Shown: positions 55,921 through 64,000 of the stretch, one piece after another
How the letters are laid out: each line of letters opens with the position of its first letter
How positions within the stretch are numbered: position 1 is the first letter of the stretch
DNA from: an uncultured bacterium
GTDB taxonomy: Bacteria > Patescibacteriota > Minisyncoccia > UBA6257 > 2-01-FULL-56-20
DNA length: 64,000 nt
Reading direction: 5' to 3'
Assembly (NCBI GenBank): GCA_963718575.1
Contig: OY970358.1
Span: forward strand, 322,172-386,171
Notes under the pieces: generated by a model
Told to the model about the DNA's origin: nothing
The model's database searches: none
What the model saw: the letters and a program-made list of their open reading frames with translations, nothing else
Program-made: the position numbers and the translations under genes

Positions 55921-57285
55921 TTATTCAATCTTACTCTGATTTTTCTGGGTCTCCAAGTTGTCTTTAATGATTTTTTTATCTTTGAATAAAAGCCTGCTTT
56001 TTATGGCCCCCAGCAGCTCTCGTTTCTCAACTATACTTCCTTCACGCAATAAATATTTAGCGTAAATTCGGAGATCGACATCTTGGACTGCTGCCTTGAT
56101 TCCCTGCATTCCGAGAATCCCTTTTTGAAATTTATTGAATCGTTGGACTTCTTCCTCGAATTTGTGCCGCATTCCTATTTCGCTAATATCAAGCTTGTCC
56201 ATGATTTTCACAAGCTGCTCGATTATATCTTCTTCACGCATGTATCCCGCCTTACAGTTCTTATCCCGTGCCCGACTACAGCCATAATAAACGTACCGAG
56301 CCGTCGTGCCATCTTTATGCCTCTTATACTTTTCCTCCGCACTCACACCCGATCCACAAAGGCCACACGTCATCAGCTTTGTGAATGCGAACTCCTTAAT
56401 CTCCGAACGCACGATCTGATCACGCTTCAGCTGCGCCTGTACTTTATCGAACAGTTCCTTGGTAATTAGCGGCTGATGCTTACCGTCATACCACATGCCA
56501 CTCTTTTCTGGATATTCGAATCGTCCGTAATAAAAGTGGTTCTGGAGCGTGATATAAATATTCCCCAGCGAAAGATGGTGATTACTCTTGGTTCGGAAAT
56601 TTAGGTCGAACCGCAGCCAGTGATAAACTTTCCGGCCAGACCAATGTTCATTTGCCACCTTCTCAAAAATTTTCTTTATGATATGTCCGCGTTCGGGGTC
56701 AACGAGCACTTGGCATTTCCGATCCATCCTCTTCTCGTTAAGATATCCAGTGGGCGCAACGCCCGGCCGCAACCCCATTTCACATCGCGTCCGTAATCCG
56801 CGTCGCACGTTTACGCCGCGATTATCGTTTTCTAATTTCGCCTGCGAACCAAGAATCATAAGCAGGAACTTTTCGTTCGGCGAATTACTGAATCGCTGGC
56901 CGTACGTCCGGATATCGACGAGGAGTTGCTCATCCATAAGATCGACGAGCTTCCCCAAATCTCCGGCGTTCCTGCTCAACCTGTCTGCCGCCCACGTCAT
57001 AATGCCGTTGAACTTTCCGGCGCGGATATCGTTAATAATCTCATTGAACACCGGACGCTGGCCTGTCGCTTTAGCCGAATGGCTCTCGCGACGAATCTCG
57101 ACGACTTCCAACTCTTCGCGTTCGGCGAGCTGAAGCATCTCTTTCACCTGCGAATCGATCGATAGAATCTGGCGCTCCTCCGATTCGGTGCTCTTCCTTG
57201 CATACAAGAGGTATTTGACCTTTACTTGGGTCGGGATTTTTGTGGGGGCTCCCGTCCCGCTTGCCCCCATTGTTTGGGTAGTCAT
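55921..57285 (-). CDS. Large serine recombinase (second copy). Its stop lies 3 nt upstream of the methyltransferase start, in the same orientation.
   Basis: YARKSTESEERQILSIDSQ...WAADRLSRN. Recombinase domain. C-terminal Cys ribbon (CGLCGSG...C). Confidence 0.85.
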   Translation of the reverse strand: MTTQTMGASGTGAPTKIPTQVKVKYLLYARKSTESEERQILSIDSQVKEMLQLAEREELEVVEIRRESHSAKATGQRPVFNEIINDIRAGKFNGIMTWAADRLSRNAGDLGKLVDLMDEQLLVDIRTYGQRFSNSPNEKFLLMILGSQAKLENDNRGVNVRRGLRTRCEMGLRPGVAPTGYLNEKRMDRKCQVLVDPERGHIIKKIFEKVANEHWSGRKVYHWLRFDLNFRTKSNHHLSLGNIYITLQNHFYYGRFEYPEKSGMWYDGKHQPLITKELFDKVQAQLKRDQIVRSEIKEFAFTKLMTCGLCGSGVSAEEKYKRHKDGTTARYVYYGCSRARDKNCKAGYMREEDIIEQLVKIMDKLDISEIGMRHKFEEEVQRFNKFQKGILGMQGIKAAVQDVDLRIYAKYLLREGSIVEKRELLGAIKSRLLFKDKKIIKDNLETQKNQSKIE

Positions 57286-57356
57286 ACCTCAATGGATGAC
57301 GCAATGGCGGCAGGAGTCCAGAGCGACCGAAAAGCCCTTAAGGGCTCCTTATCTCC

Positions 57357-57857
57357 TTACGGCAACGAAGCAATGGGTGACGATGTAATCCTTTCGAAAG
57401 CCTTGGAAAATATTTCTCGCTGCCTGTCTATTTCCGGCTGATTTATCTCTGCGATTTTTTCTCCTTCCTTATATTTTCCAAACTCTCTTTCATAATCTCT
57501 CGTTGCGCGACCATCAAGGTGAACAATCGAATTACGAATTAAAAAAATTTCTCGAATCGCGGGGTCATAACACTTTCTTAGCACCTTTTCGGAGCGGTCT
57601 TGAAAGCAAATTTTATGGCGCGCCGGATCAGCTGTTTTAAGATCGCGTACGAATTTCTCCCAAGCCATGCAAAACATTATCGGTATGGACTGGCGAAGGT
57701 ATGCCGCGTACAGCGGAGTGGATCTTGGCCGCGAAGCAGACATGGAATCGCCTTGAGCCAGGTCAGCACTATTAACAATGTCAGCCGATAACGTCGAATC
57801 GACTTTCTCATAATACTCGCGGATACTATCGAGCTCTTCCGAAAACGAGTACGCCAT
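57357..57857 (-). CDS. Hypothetical protein (166 aa) with a HEPN-like Rx4H motif (RNSIVH)
   Basis: ...IREIFLIRNSIVHLDGRATRDYE... Start overlaps the stop of the upstream gene (operon). Confidence 0.4.
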   Translation of the reverse strand: MAYSFSEELDSIREYYEKVDSTLSADIVNSADLAQGDSMSASRPRSTPLYAAYLRQSIPIMFCMAWEKFVRDLKTADPARHKICFQDRSEKVLRKCYDPAIREIFLIRNSIVHLDGRATRDYEREFGKYKEGEKIAEINQPEIDRQREIFSKAFERITSSPIASLP

Positions 57858-59173
57858 TAGAGATTCGGGGGCAAATTGGAGTTCGGGTACCCCCTCTTAA
57901 TCCTCTCGTAGATAGCGGCCGCAGGTGCTTCGAGTTCTTTCCTCCGATCTTCCGGAGCGAGCTTATACGAAGCAAAGATTCTTGGCCAGTCTCCCACATA
58001 AGCTCCGAGGTAAGTTATTTTTTCGACATGAGTTAGTATGTCGATGAGGCTATCTGGGGCAACCTCAGCAATTTTCTCGACGATCTCCTGAATTCCGTTG
58101 AGCCATACGCGCCTCTCTTTTTCAAGATGCGACATCCCACCTTCTAAATATTCCAGCATCTGCCTTGTGAACTGCACGCCGTCTCCCGGCGCTATCCGTA
58201 GAACGGCTTCGACTAAAAATTCAAATTGGCCGACAGGCTCGTATTGGAATTTTCCTTCAAAAAATAAGGGGATATATTTTTTGAACAGTTCATAATTTTC
58301 TCCATTTTCTTCGAGCTGCTTCCATGTTATCCAAATGAGGGTAGTCTTGAGTCGAGGTGCCTGCGGAACATCCGAACTTGAATCTTTGATAAGCTTTTTC
58401 AAAAAATCTCTGAACCATTCTCCGTGAAAAGCAGCATCGAATTTCGGCCTATATTCCGCAAAGAAAAGAGCGTACGGCGTGGCGTGCTCCGTGAGATAGT
58501 CAGGACGAAGGACCCCGCTTGCGTCATAAAAAATCGTGCTCAATAGTTCCTGAGCCTGCGCTTCGGTGAGAGTGATTCTCGGCTTATCGAATACGCCCAC
58601 CACGCTTTCTAAAACGCGGGGATATTTAGTATTATCCCGGAGCATCTTCCACGCGAGAGCCACGGCCCGGGATTTATCGGCATCGGTAAATCCAAATGGC
58701 GTGCCATCTTTGTTCTGCTTGGCATACATATTGATGGTCAAGCCAGAAAGAGCTGCGGGCACTTGCTGGCGAACGTATAGCGATTCATCGCTAGCAAGCT
58801 CTTCGAGGACACTTAATACCCGTTGGTAATATTCTGTTTTAAACGTAGCTACGATTTTTTGAAGCAACCAGGGCACGCTTCCCCGTATGGTGTAGATATT
58901 ATTGATGTCTTCTCCTTTTTCAATTTTTTCGTTGAGATTGTCAAAACCCGGCACAGGATCTGGATCGCGTGCGTAAAGTTCGGCAACCCTTAACGCCTTT
59001 TCCACGAACTGTCCCTCTTGAACCAAATCGGCAAGAATCCAAATTATGTCGAACTTGCTATATTCCTTTTCCAAAAGATTCTCCCAATCGGGATCCTCTA
59101 GCTCCCTTAGAATTCTCTTTTTTAAAATATCTCGGTAGGTCATTACCCTGATGTTACTCCAGAGAGCATGCAA
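57857..59173 (-). CDS. Hypothetical all-helical protein (438 aa), first gene of a two-gene operon
   Basis: No recognisable catalytic motif. Helical repeat-like composition. Confidence 0.45.
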   Translation of the reverse strand: MHALWSNIRVMTYRDILKKRILRELEDPDWENLLEKEYSKFDIIWILADLVQEGQFVEKALRVAELYARDPDPVPGFDNLNEKIEKGEDINNIYTIRGSVPWLLQKIVATFKTEYYQRVLSVLEELASDESLYVRQQVPAALSGLTINMYAKQNKDGTPFGFTDADKSRAVALAWKMLRDNTKYPRVLESVVGVFDKPRITLTEAQAQELLSTIFYDASGVLRPDYLTEHATPYALFFAEYRPKFDAAFHGEWFRDFLKKLIKDSSSDVPQAPRLKTTLIWITWKQLEENGENYELFKKYIPLFFEGKFQYEPVGQFEFLVEAVLRIAPGDGVQFTRQMLEYLEGGMSHLEKERRVWLNGIQEIVEKIAEVAPDSLIDILTHVEKITYLGAYVGDWPRIFASYKLAPEDRRKELEAPAAAIYERIKRGYPNSNLPPNL

Positions 59174-59183
59174 TAGCCAAATA

Positions 59184-59245
59184 TTGCGTTATATGAAAAC
59201 AAGCCCCGAAATTCGGCGGCTTGTTTTCATATAACGCAATGACTC
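59184..59245. terminator. 22-bp perfect inverted repeat (bidirectional terminator-like hairpin)
   Basis: ttgcgttatatgaaaacaagcc-ccgaaattcggc-ggcttgttttcatataacgcaa. Confidence 0.7.
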
Positions 59246-59252
59246 CACCCTA

Positions 59253-59921
59253 CTATTCGAATGCCGGATTCACATAGTCGAGATCCCACACGCCCGGCAG
59301 GATCTGCAGTTCGAGCGTCGCTTTATCGAGGCTCCAGTTGATCTGCGATGCGTCGTCTGTCGTAAGCGTCGCCCGGTACACCATGCCGTCGCTCGTGTTC
59401 CCGTACTTGTCGGTGAGGGGAAGATATCCCGTTACCGTCGCGGTTTCTATCTTCTGGCCGCTCGTATAGACGGCGATGAAAACATCGGCGGTTTCCGATT
59501 CAAGGCCGTCCTTCGTCAGACCGTTCGACAGATTATTGTCGCCGTTGAATTCTACAGTAACGTCCCATCCGCCTTTTACTGCGGGATCCGGTTCGACATC
59601 AACGCTCCTCAGCTTCGGCTCGTTGCTTTGGTTCGTCTGCCCCTGTAGGACGTTCCCCACGATCGCCTTGATCTGCGAAGCGGGATCCTGCGGAACGTTA
59701 TTCGCAACAGTCGTCGGCGCGGTGGTCTGAGGCGCCGTTGTTTGATTGGGCGTTATCCCTATTCCGATTGCAAAGAGGATGAATCCACCGAGTCCGAACG
59801 TCAGCGCGATTTTCGTCCGCGTATTCTCCTTAAAGAGCTTCTTGAGCGGCTCCGGTCTGATCAACGCACCGATCGTGAAGAGCATCGAGATAATTCCCAC
59901 TGTTCCTAATAATGCTCCCAT
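59253..59921 (-). CDS. Membrane-anchored hypothetical protein (222 aa)
   Basis: Two N-terminal TM helices. Extracytoplasmic Thr/Asn-rich region. Confidence 0.45.
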   Translation of the reverse strand: MGALLGTVGIISMLFTIGALIRPEPLKKLFKENTRTKIALTFGLGGFILFAIGIGITPNQTTAPQTTAPTTVANNVPQDPASQIKAIVGNVLQGQTNQSNEPKLRSVDVEPDPAVKGGWDVTVEFNGDNNLSNGLTKDGLESETADVFIAVYTSGQKIETATVTGYLPLTDKYGNTSDGMVYRATLTTDDASQINWSLDKATLELQILPGVWDLDYVNPAFE

Positions 59922-60005
59922 GTTATTTCTCTTTATGGTTGTATTCGACCTTTCAACACAATGAATGACGCGAATACTCGATCAAGTCCAGAGCTTCCAA
60001 ATTTC

Positions 60006-60887
60006 TCACAAACCTTGGCGATACAGCTCGTCCAAGGTCTTGCCATCAGCCGTTTTCCACGTCATCCATCCGTTCGTGGAATAACCGAGAATAAGGTCGC
60101 CCGCCGCACTCGGCGTCGTAAAACTGTAATCACGGGCGAAGGCATATCCATCGCCGCTTTTTTCGACGATACCTTCTGCTAAAAGTTTCGCGATAAGCTT
60201 TTCATTCCGTTCGGCAACCGCAGGTGATTGCTTTCCGCTGATCGTCGATCCTTGGTAGACGATAAATCCCTCATTCGTCATCCGGGCGGTACCTTTCGCG
60301 GTGACGTCTTTGTTCTGAACCATAAACAGCGGATTCTCGTGATCGGCAACCGCTTTCGCTTCGAGCTTCTGGAGTATCGGGTAGCCGACCGTGCCGAGAA
60401 GTAATCCGATATTTTTTACGAATTCCTCCATCACGGGAATATCGGCCTGCGGGAGGTGCGGAATGAGCGATCCCGTGCTGTTCTTAAGCACATAACCGAA
60501 ATGCTTCGCCTCGTTTGCAATCTCGACGCAGCGCGATTCGAGATATTTCACATGCGCCTTCGTCAGGCTCTCGTCGCTTGAGACGAACGCGATGGTGGTA
60601 TACCAAAAATCCTTGCCTTTGTCGTTGTTGTGCGTCGTCAATCTGTCAAAAAGATTTTCCGCTTCGCCGATATAGGCGGATGCGACGAGGTTTTCTTCGA
60701 ATTCGCGGCCAAACAAAAAATACACCGCTGGCTGTCGCGCGACGTCATCGCTACCCATCTCCTTCAATTTGTTGCGGGGGAAAATGAGGCCTTGCCCGGT
60801 CCAGCCCGCGAGCGAGATTATTTTCCTTCCGTCCGGTTCGCCGTCGACCAGAAATAGTGTAATTTTCTTTCCTGAATTTTGAGCCAT
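60006..60887 (-). CDS. GIY-YIG nuclease-domain protein with a C-terminal DUF4357-like region
   Basis: PAVYFLFG...AYIGEAENLFDRLTTH (GIY-YIG). C-terminal GYSTNGWMTWKTADGKTLDELYR. Confidence 0.65.
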   Translation of the reverse strand: MAQNSGKKITLFLVDGEPDGRKIISLAGWTGQGLIFPRNKLKEMGSDDVARQPAVYFLFGREFEENLVASAYIGEAENLFDRLTTHNNDKGKDFWYTTIAFVSSDESLTKAHVKYLESRCVEIANEAKHFGYVLKNSTGSLIPHLPQADIPVMEEFVKNIGLLLGTVGYPILQKLEAKAVADHENPLFMVQNKDVTAKGTARMTNEGFIVYQGSTISGKQSPAVAERNEKLIAKLLAEGIVEKSGDGYAFARDYSFTTPSAAGDLILGYSTNGWMTWKTADGKTLDELYRQGL

Positions 60888-61145
60888 GGCGATTGAGCAA
60901 TTTCATCGCCGACCCGAAGTTCTTAGAAACTCTGAACCCCGTGCCAGCTAGGTCTTGCGACCCCATACCAGTTTCCCGATATGGCCCGATAAAGAGTTGC
61001 TGAACGCGGGGTTCAGAATTCTTTATCGGGGCTTTGGTCCATATCTCCGCTGGAAGCGGAGGGTTAGGCTGGGATTAACCCTATGAAATTGTTGAATTTA
61101 TCATAATCCGTCGGGCAGAATTACACAAACACACACTGAATATCT

Positions 61146-63323
61146 TCATGACCACTTTACGCCATAATAACGATCCTCAATTAATCCCTCATCAATGAAG
61201 CTACGAACTAGGAGTGTAAAACTGTCCGCTTCATCGTCATGAGATTCCACTCCCAGCCCGATCATCTGCGCAATAAGCGTTTCCGCTCCATGCTTGGGGA
61301 ATAGGATGACCCCTGCGTTCATGAGATCGGCGCACGACGCAAGGCGGGAGCGTTTGTCGGTCGTGACCGTCACGCCCTCGACTTTGTAAATGCGGTCGAA
61401 TTTCAGCTGGTCGACGGCCGCTTGCTGGAATTGGACTGTCTCGACGCGGATCTTCGCATCTCGCCATGCGTTACGGAGCGAATAATAACGTTCCTTTATC
61501 TTCGCTATGATTTCGGGGAACGTGAGCCGCTCATTTACGATACTCGGCAATACGTAGGCTTTAAAGTTTTTGCCCGTTCCCTGCGTCACGATGCTCACCA
61601 TGGCGGTGTAGTCGTTCGTCTCCTTCTGTCCGATCGCGAGATCGACGCCGAGGTATGCGGTGATATGCCCTTGATCCGGAGAAGGCAATTTGTCGTAATA
61701 CCGGATCATGTCCCGCGTGACCACCTGATCTTCTTCGGGAACGATCTTCAGCATGAATTCCCGCAGGAATGCGTTCTTGTTTCCTATCTCCCGCTTTTGC
61801 GCTTCAATTGCCGCTTCGGTCGGATATTTATTCGGCCACGCGACCGTGCCGTTCTTGTCTATAAACGGATAGGCCTTGAATACGCCATCAATCGCGCCGC
61901 TGCTTACCTCGCGCTTCAAGCGCATCAAAAGCGAGTCTTCATGGAGCAGGTTGCCCACGATGACGAGGCGCGTTTTCCCGAATTCTCCCGCGCCGATCAC
62001 ATCGAGCTTCAGCCAGCGGTACACTTTGTCGCGGCCTTCCTTCGTTTTCACGGAAGCGGTTGATTCGACATCGTCGCAGATGATGAGATCCGGACGATAT
62101 TTGCCGTGATGGATGCCCCTAATCTTCGATTCAACCGACATCACGAGAATCCGCGCGTTGAAATTCTTGAACACAATGGTATACGCGCCCCATTCCGGGC
62201 TATCATCTTCAAACGGACCCAAGTCATTTTTAAGGAGTTCATCGTCCTCAAGCTTCTGCTTGATGGCATCCATCTGCAGCTTCGCCTGCGGAAGGGTATC
62301 GCAAATGATAACGACGAATTTCTTTTGCGGTTTTCCCATAATCGACCATAACGGAAGCGCCGTCGTGAAGATGGTCGACTTGCCCGATCCGCGGAATGAG
62401 ACGATAAAAAGCTTATGCAGCTCTTCCTGCCCGATCAGGCGAAACATCTCGCGGTGAAATGCCGCCGTGTCGTATTCCACGGCATCCGCAAAATAGAGAT
62501 GGAAGAAAGCGTAGGGACTCTCGCTGCACACGGCCGCGCGGACGCTCCGATCGGTCATAATCTGTTCGAAAAGCTCCGGCGGCATCGCCTCCGTTGCGTA
62601 GGCATCGGGATCGGGAAGCTCCATCTCTTCGTTCTCCGGCAACGCGGCATCATCGCCAACCTCCGCAGCCGCATCTCCTTCGGGAACAACGGGCGACCAG
62701 CCATATGGCTCAATGGAGCCGTTCGAGACATAGGGTTCGGCTATCGCGGGGTCGAGGTCGAAGATATCTTCCTCCGTAAACGATCCGACGATTACCGTAA
62801 GTTCTCCCGTGTTTACCACGCATCTCTTGAACCCTTCGAGATGGACGCGCGGTTCGCCCGGCGGCGGCACGTATGCCTTGATCTTGCCATCGAAAAAAAG
62901 CCTTCCGATATCGCTGCTAGGACCAATATCGACGATATCTCCCCACGTAACGGTTTTCTCGATATCCACATCGCGCGTTGCCTTATATCGCCTGGTTCCT
63001 TCCAGAGGGTCATACGCGGGCGGATACGGCTCTAAGAATTTTCTGTCGACGTATGTCTTGGCGACAGTCGGATCGAGTGTGACGATCTGCCCTTTCTCAA
63101 AATATGGTGATGGCCGAGGAATTCTGTTAAGGATGATCCACCTTCTTTCGCCGCGCGGTTCGCCCGGAGGAGGCACGTACTCCTTTATAACGCCGCGGGC
63201 GAGATACGGCTGGGCTTCCATTACGCCGAGCGAGATAATCTCTCCCTCCTGGTAGTACTCCTGGATGCACATCGGGATCAGTACTTTATATGTTTGCGAT
63301 TCTGCCATGGGCGTGGTTATCAT
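61146..63323 (-). CDS. Phage terminase large subunit-like protein (ATPase plus RNase-H-like nuclease) with an N-terminal duplicated module of about 250 aa
   Basis: Walker A FRGSGKST. Walker B DLIICDDVE. Nuclease segment YLGVDLAIGQKETNDYTAMV. Repeats ...YVPPPGEPR... appear twice. The start is set at the ATGA overlap with the small-subunit gene. Confidence 0.7.
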   Translation of the reverse strand: MITTPMAESQTYKVLIPMCIQEYYQEGEIISLGVMEAQPYLARGVIKEYVPPPGEPRGERRWIILNRIPRPSPYFEKGQIVTLDPTVAKTYVDRKFLEPYPPAYDPLEGTRRYKATRDVDIEKTVTWGDIVDIGPSSDIGRLFFDGKIKAYVPPPGEPRVHLEGFKRCVVNTGELTVIVGSFTEEDIFDLDPAIAEPYVSNGSIEPYGWSPVVPEGDAAAEVGDDAALPENEEMELPDPDAYATEAMPPELFEQIMTDRSVRAAVCSESPYAFFHLYFADAVEYDTAAFHREMFRLIGQEELHKLFIVSFRGSGKSTIFTTALPLWSIMGKPQKKFVVIICDTLPQAKLQMDAIKQKLEDDELLKNDLGPFEDDSPEWGAYTIVFKNFNARILVMSVESKIRGIHHGKYRPDLIICDDVESTASVKTKEGRDKVYRWLKLDVIGAGEFGKTRLVIVGNLLHEDSLLMRLKREVSSGAIDGVFKAYPFIDKNGTVAWPNKYPTEAAIEAQKREIGNKNAFLREFMLKIVPEEDQVVTRDMIRYYDKLPSPDQGHITAYLGVDLAIGQKETNDYTAMVSIVTQGTGKNFKAYVLPSIVNERLTFPEIIAKIKERYYSLRNAWRDAKIRVETVQFQQAAVDQLKFDRIYKVEGVTVTTDKRSRLASCADLMNAGVILFPKHGAETLIAQMIGLGVESHDDEADSFTLLVRSFIDEGLIEDRYYGVKWS

Positions 63324-63724
63324 TCGGTCGGCGTGGGCGTTCCGTCCTTTGGAAGCAATGCTGCATGCTGGAGCGCCTTGCGGACGATCTCTTGCTGCTC
63401 GGGCGTGAGAGACTCTTTTTTCTCGATGCGTGCGGTGATGTCGAGCGTGTTTTTGAATTTCGGATGCCGGCGCGACAGCCAAAACGCTATGGATTGCCAG
63501 TGTTTGTCTTTTATGAGCGAGATGAGTTGCGCTTCTCCTAAATCATTTAGGATTGCTTCGCCCTCGCCGAGCGCCTCATCCACCGCTTTATCGAATGCCG
63601 GATCGGCCTTCCGCCAGTTATGAATGCTCACACGCGAGATATCCAATTTTTCGCAAGCGACTTGGATGATAGGGGCTTTGCGAAGCTGCTCAATAAACAA
63701 TTTTTGGATGCGCTGTTTTTTCAT
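63320..63724 (-). CDS. Terminase small subunit-like HTH protein
   Basis: IQVACEKLDISRVSIHNWRKADPAFDKAVDEA. Directly upstream of, and overlapping, the large-subunit start. Confidence 0.5.
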   Translation of the reverse strand: MKKQRIQKLFIEQLRKAPIIQVACEKLDISRVSIHNWRKADPAFDKAVDEALGEGEAILNDLGEAQLISLIKDKHWQSIAFWLSRRHPKFKNTLDITARIEKKESLTPEQQEIVRKALQHAALLPKDGTPTPTE

Positions 63725-64000
63725 AATGTTACGCGTTCCGCTTTAAGGTTAAAGAGAGCCTCCATCCTTTGTATGATGGTGGCACAATATTCGGCATCGC
63801 GTTCGACCATGATCGCGATGCGCTTTGTCTGCTCGCAGCTTACGCCAAGCGTTCCCGACCCCGTGAACCCGTCATAGACGAGATCGCCGATATCCGTGCT
63901 GTTCAATATCAAGCGGCGGATGAGCGGTATCGGCTTTTGGGTTGGGTGAAGTGGGCTGCTGCTGGGGCGCGGACAGTAAAGCAATGTTTTATCTTTCGCC
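63721..64000 (-). CDS. DNA methyltransferase (N4/N6, PF01555-like), C-terminal part. The gene continues beyond the window.
   Basis: HPTQKPIPLIRRLILNSTDIGDLVYDGFTGSGTLG. Confidence 0.7.
   Translation of the reverse strand, partial: AKDKTLLYCPRPSSSPLHPTQKPIPLIRRLILNSTDIGDLVYDGFTGSGTLGVSCEQTKRIAIMVERDAEYCATIIQRMEALFNLKAERVTL

Overview
This is a 64 kb bacterial window with roughly 55-60% GC, standard genetic code (TGA acts as a stop, and there are ATGA start/stop overlaps), and a gene content that resembles a small-genome CPR/Patescibacteria-like organism. The first ~44.7 kb is a housekeeping backbone. It includes:
- a partial cytochrome quinol-oxidase subunit II gene at the left edge;
- an OmpR-type two-component pair;
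- an unusual terpene-cyclase/prenyl-synthase fusion;
- division genes ftsA and ftsZ;
- ybeY, rpsU, pth, rmuC, dprA-topA, rel and parAB;
- a large type IV pilus/competence locus spanning about 18.1-36.2 kb.

The pilus locus contains a PilM/N fusion, PilB, PilC, at least five pilins (one fused to a LamG lectin-like domain), a 1168-aa repetitive secreted protein and other secreted repeat proteins.

Three core genes (hisS, lepB, parA/soj) are each split by a single-nucleotide frameshift. From 44.7 kb onward the window is accessory. Five tRNA genes lie in the window: tRNA-Ile(GAT) and tRNA-Val(GAC) inside the pilus locus, and tRNA-Leu(CAA), tRNA-Leu(TAA) and tRNA-Ser(GCT) in the accessory region, which carries two large serine recombinases.

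The first island (about 44.7-49.5 kb) carries a serine recombinase, an XRE regulator, an Mrr-type nuclease domain and an HNH nuclease. After rbfA-infB and tRNA-Ser comes a visibly AT-richer island (about 52-64 kb and beyond). It carries a candidate defence cluster: a HEPN-like (RNPRAH) protein, a MutH/Sau3AI-like PD-(D/E)xK nuclease with an internal duplication, an N6-adenine methyltransferase and a second serine recombinase. It also carries a two-gene operon (438-aa helical protein plus a 166-aa Rx4H protein), a GIY-YIG nuclease, and prophage-like genes (terminase small and large subunits, and a partial DNA methyltransferase).

The best candidates for a previously undescribed system are the HEPN/nuclease/methyltransferase/recombinase cluster and the adjacent two-gene operon. 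Every functional call comes from reading motifs in the translations; none was confirmed by a database search.
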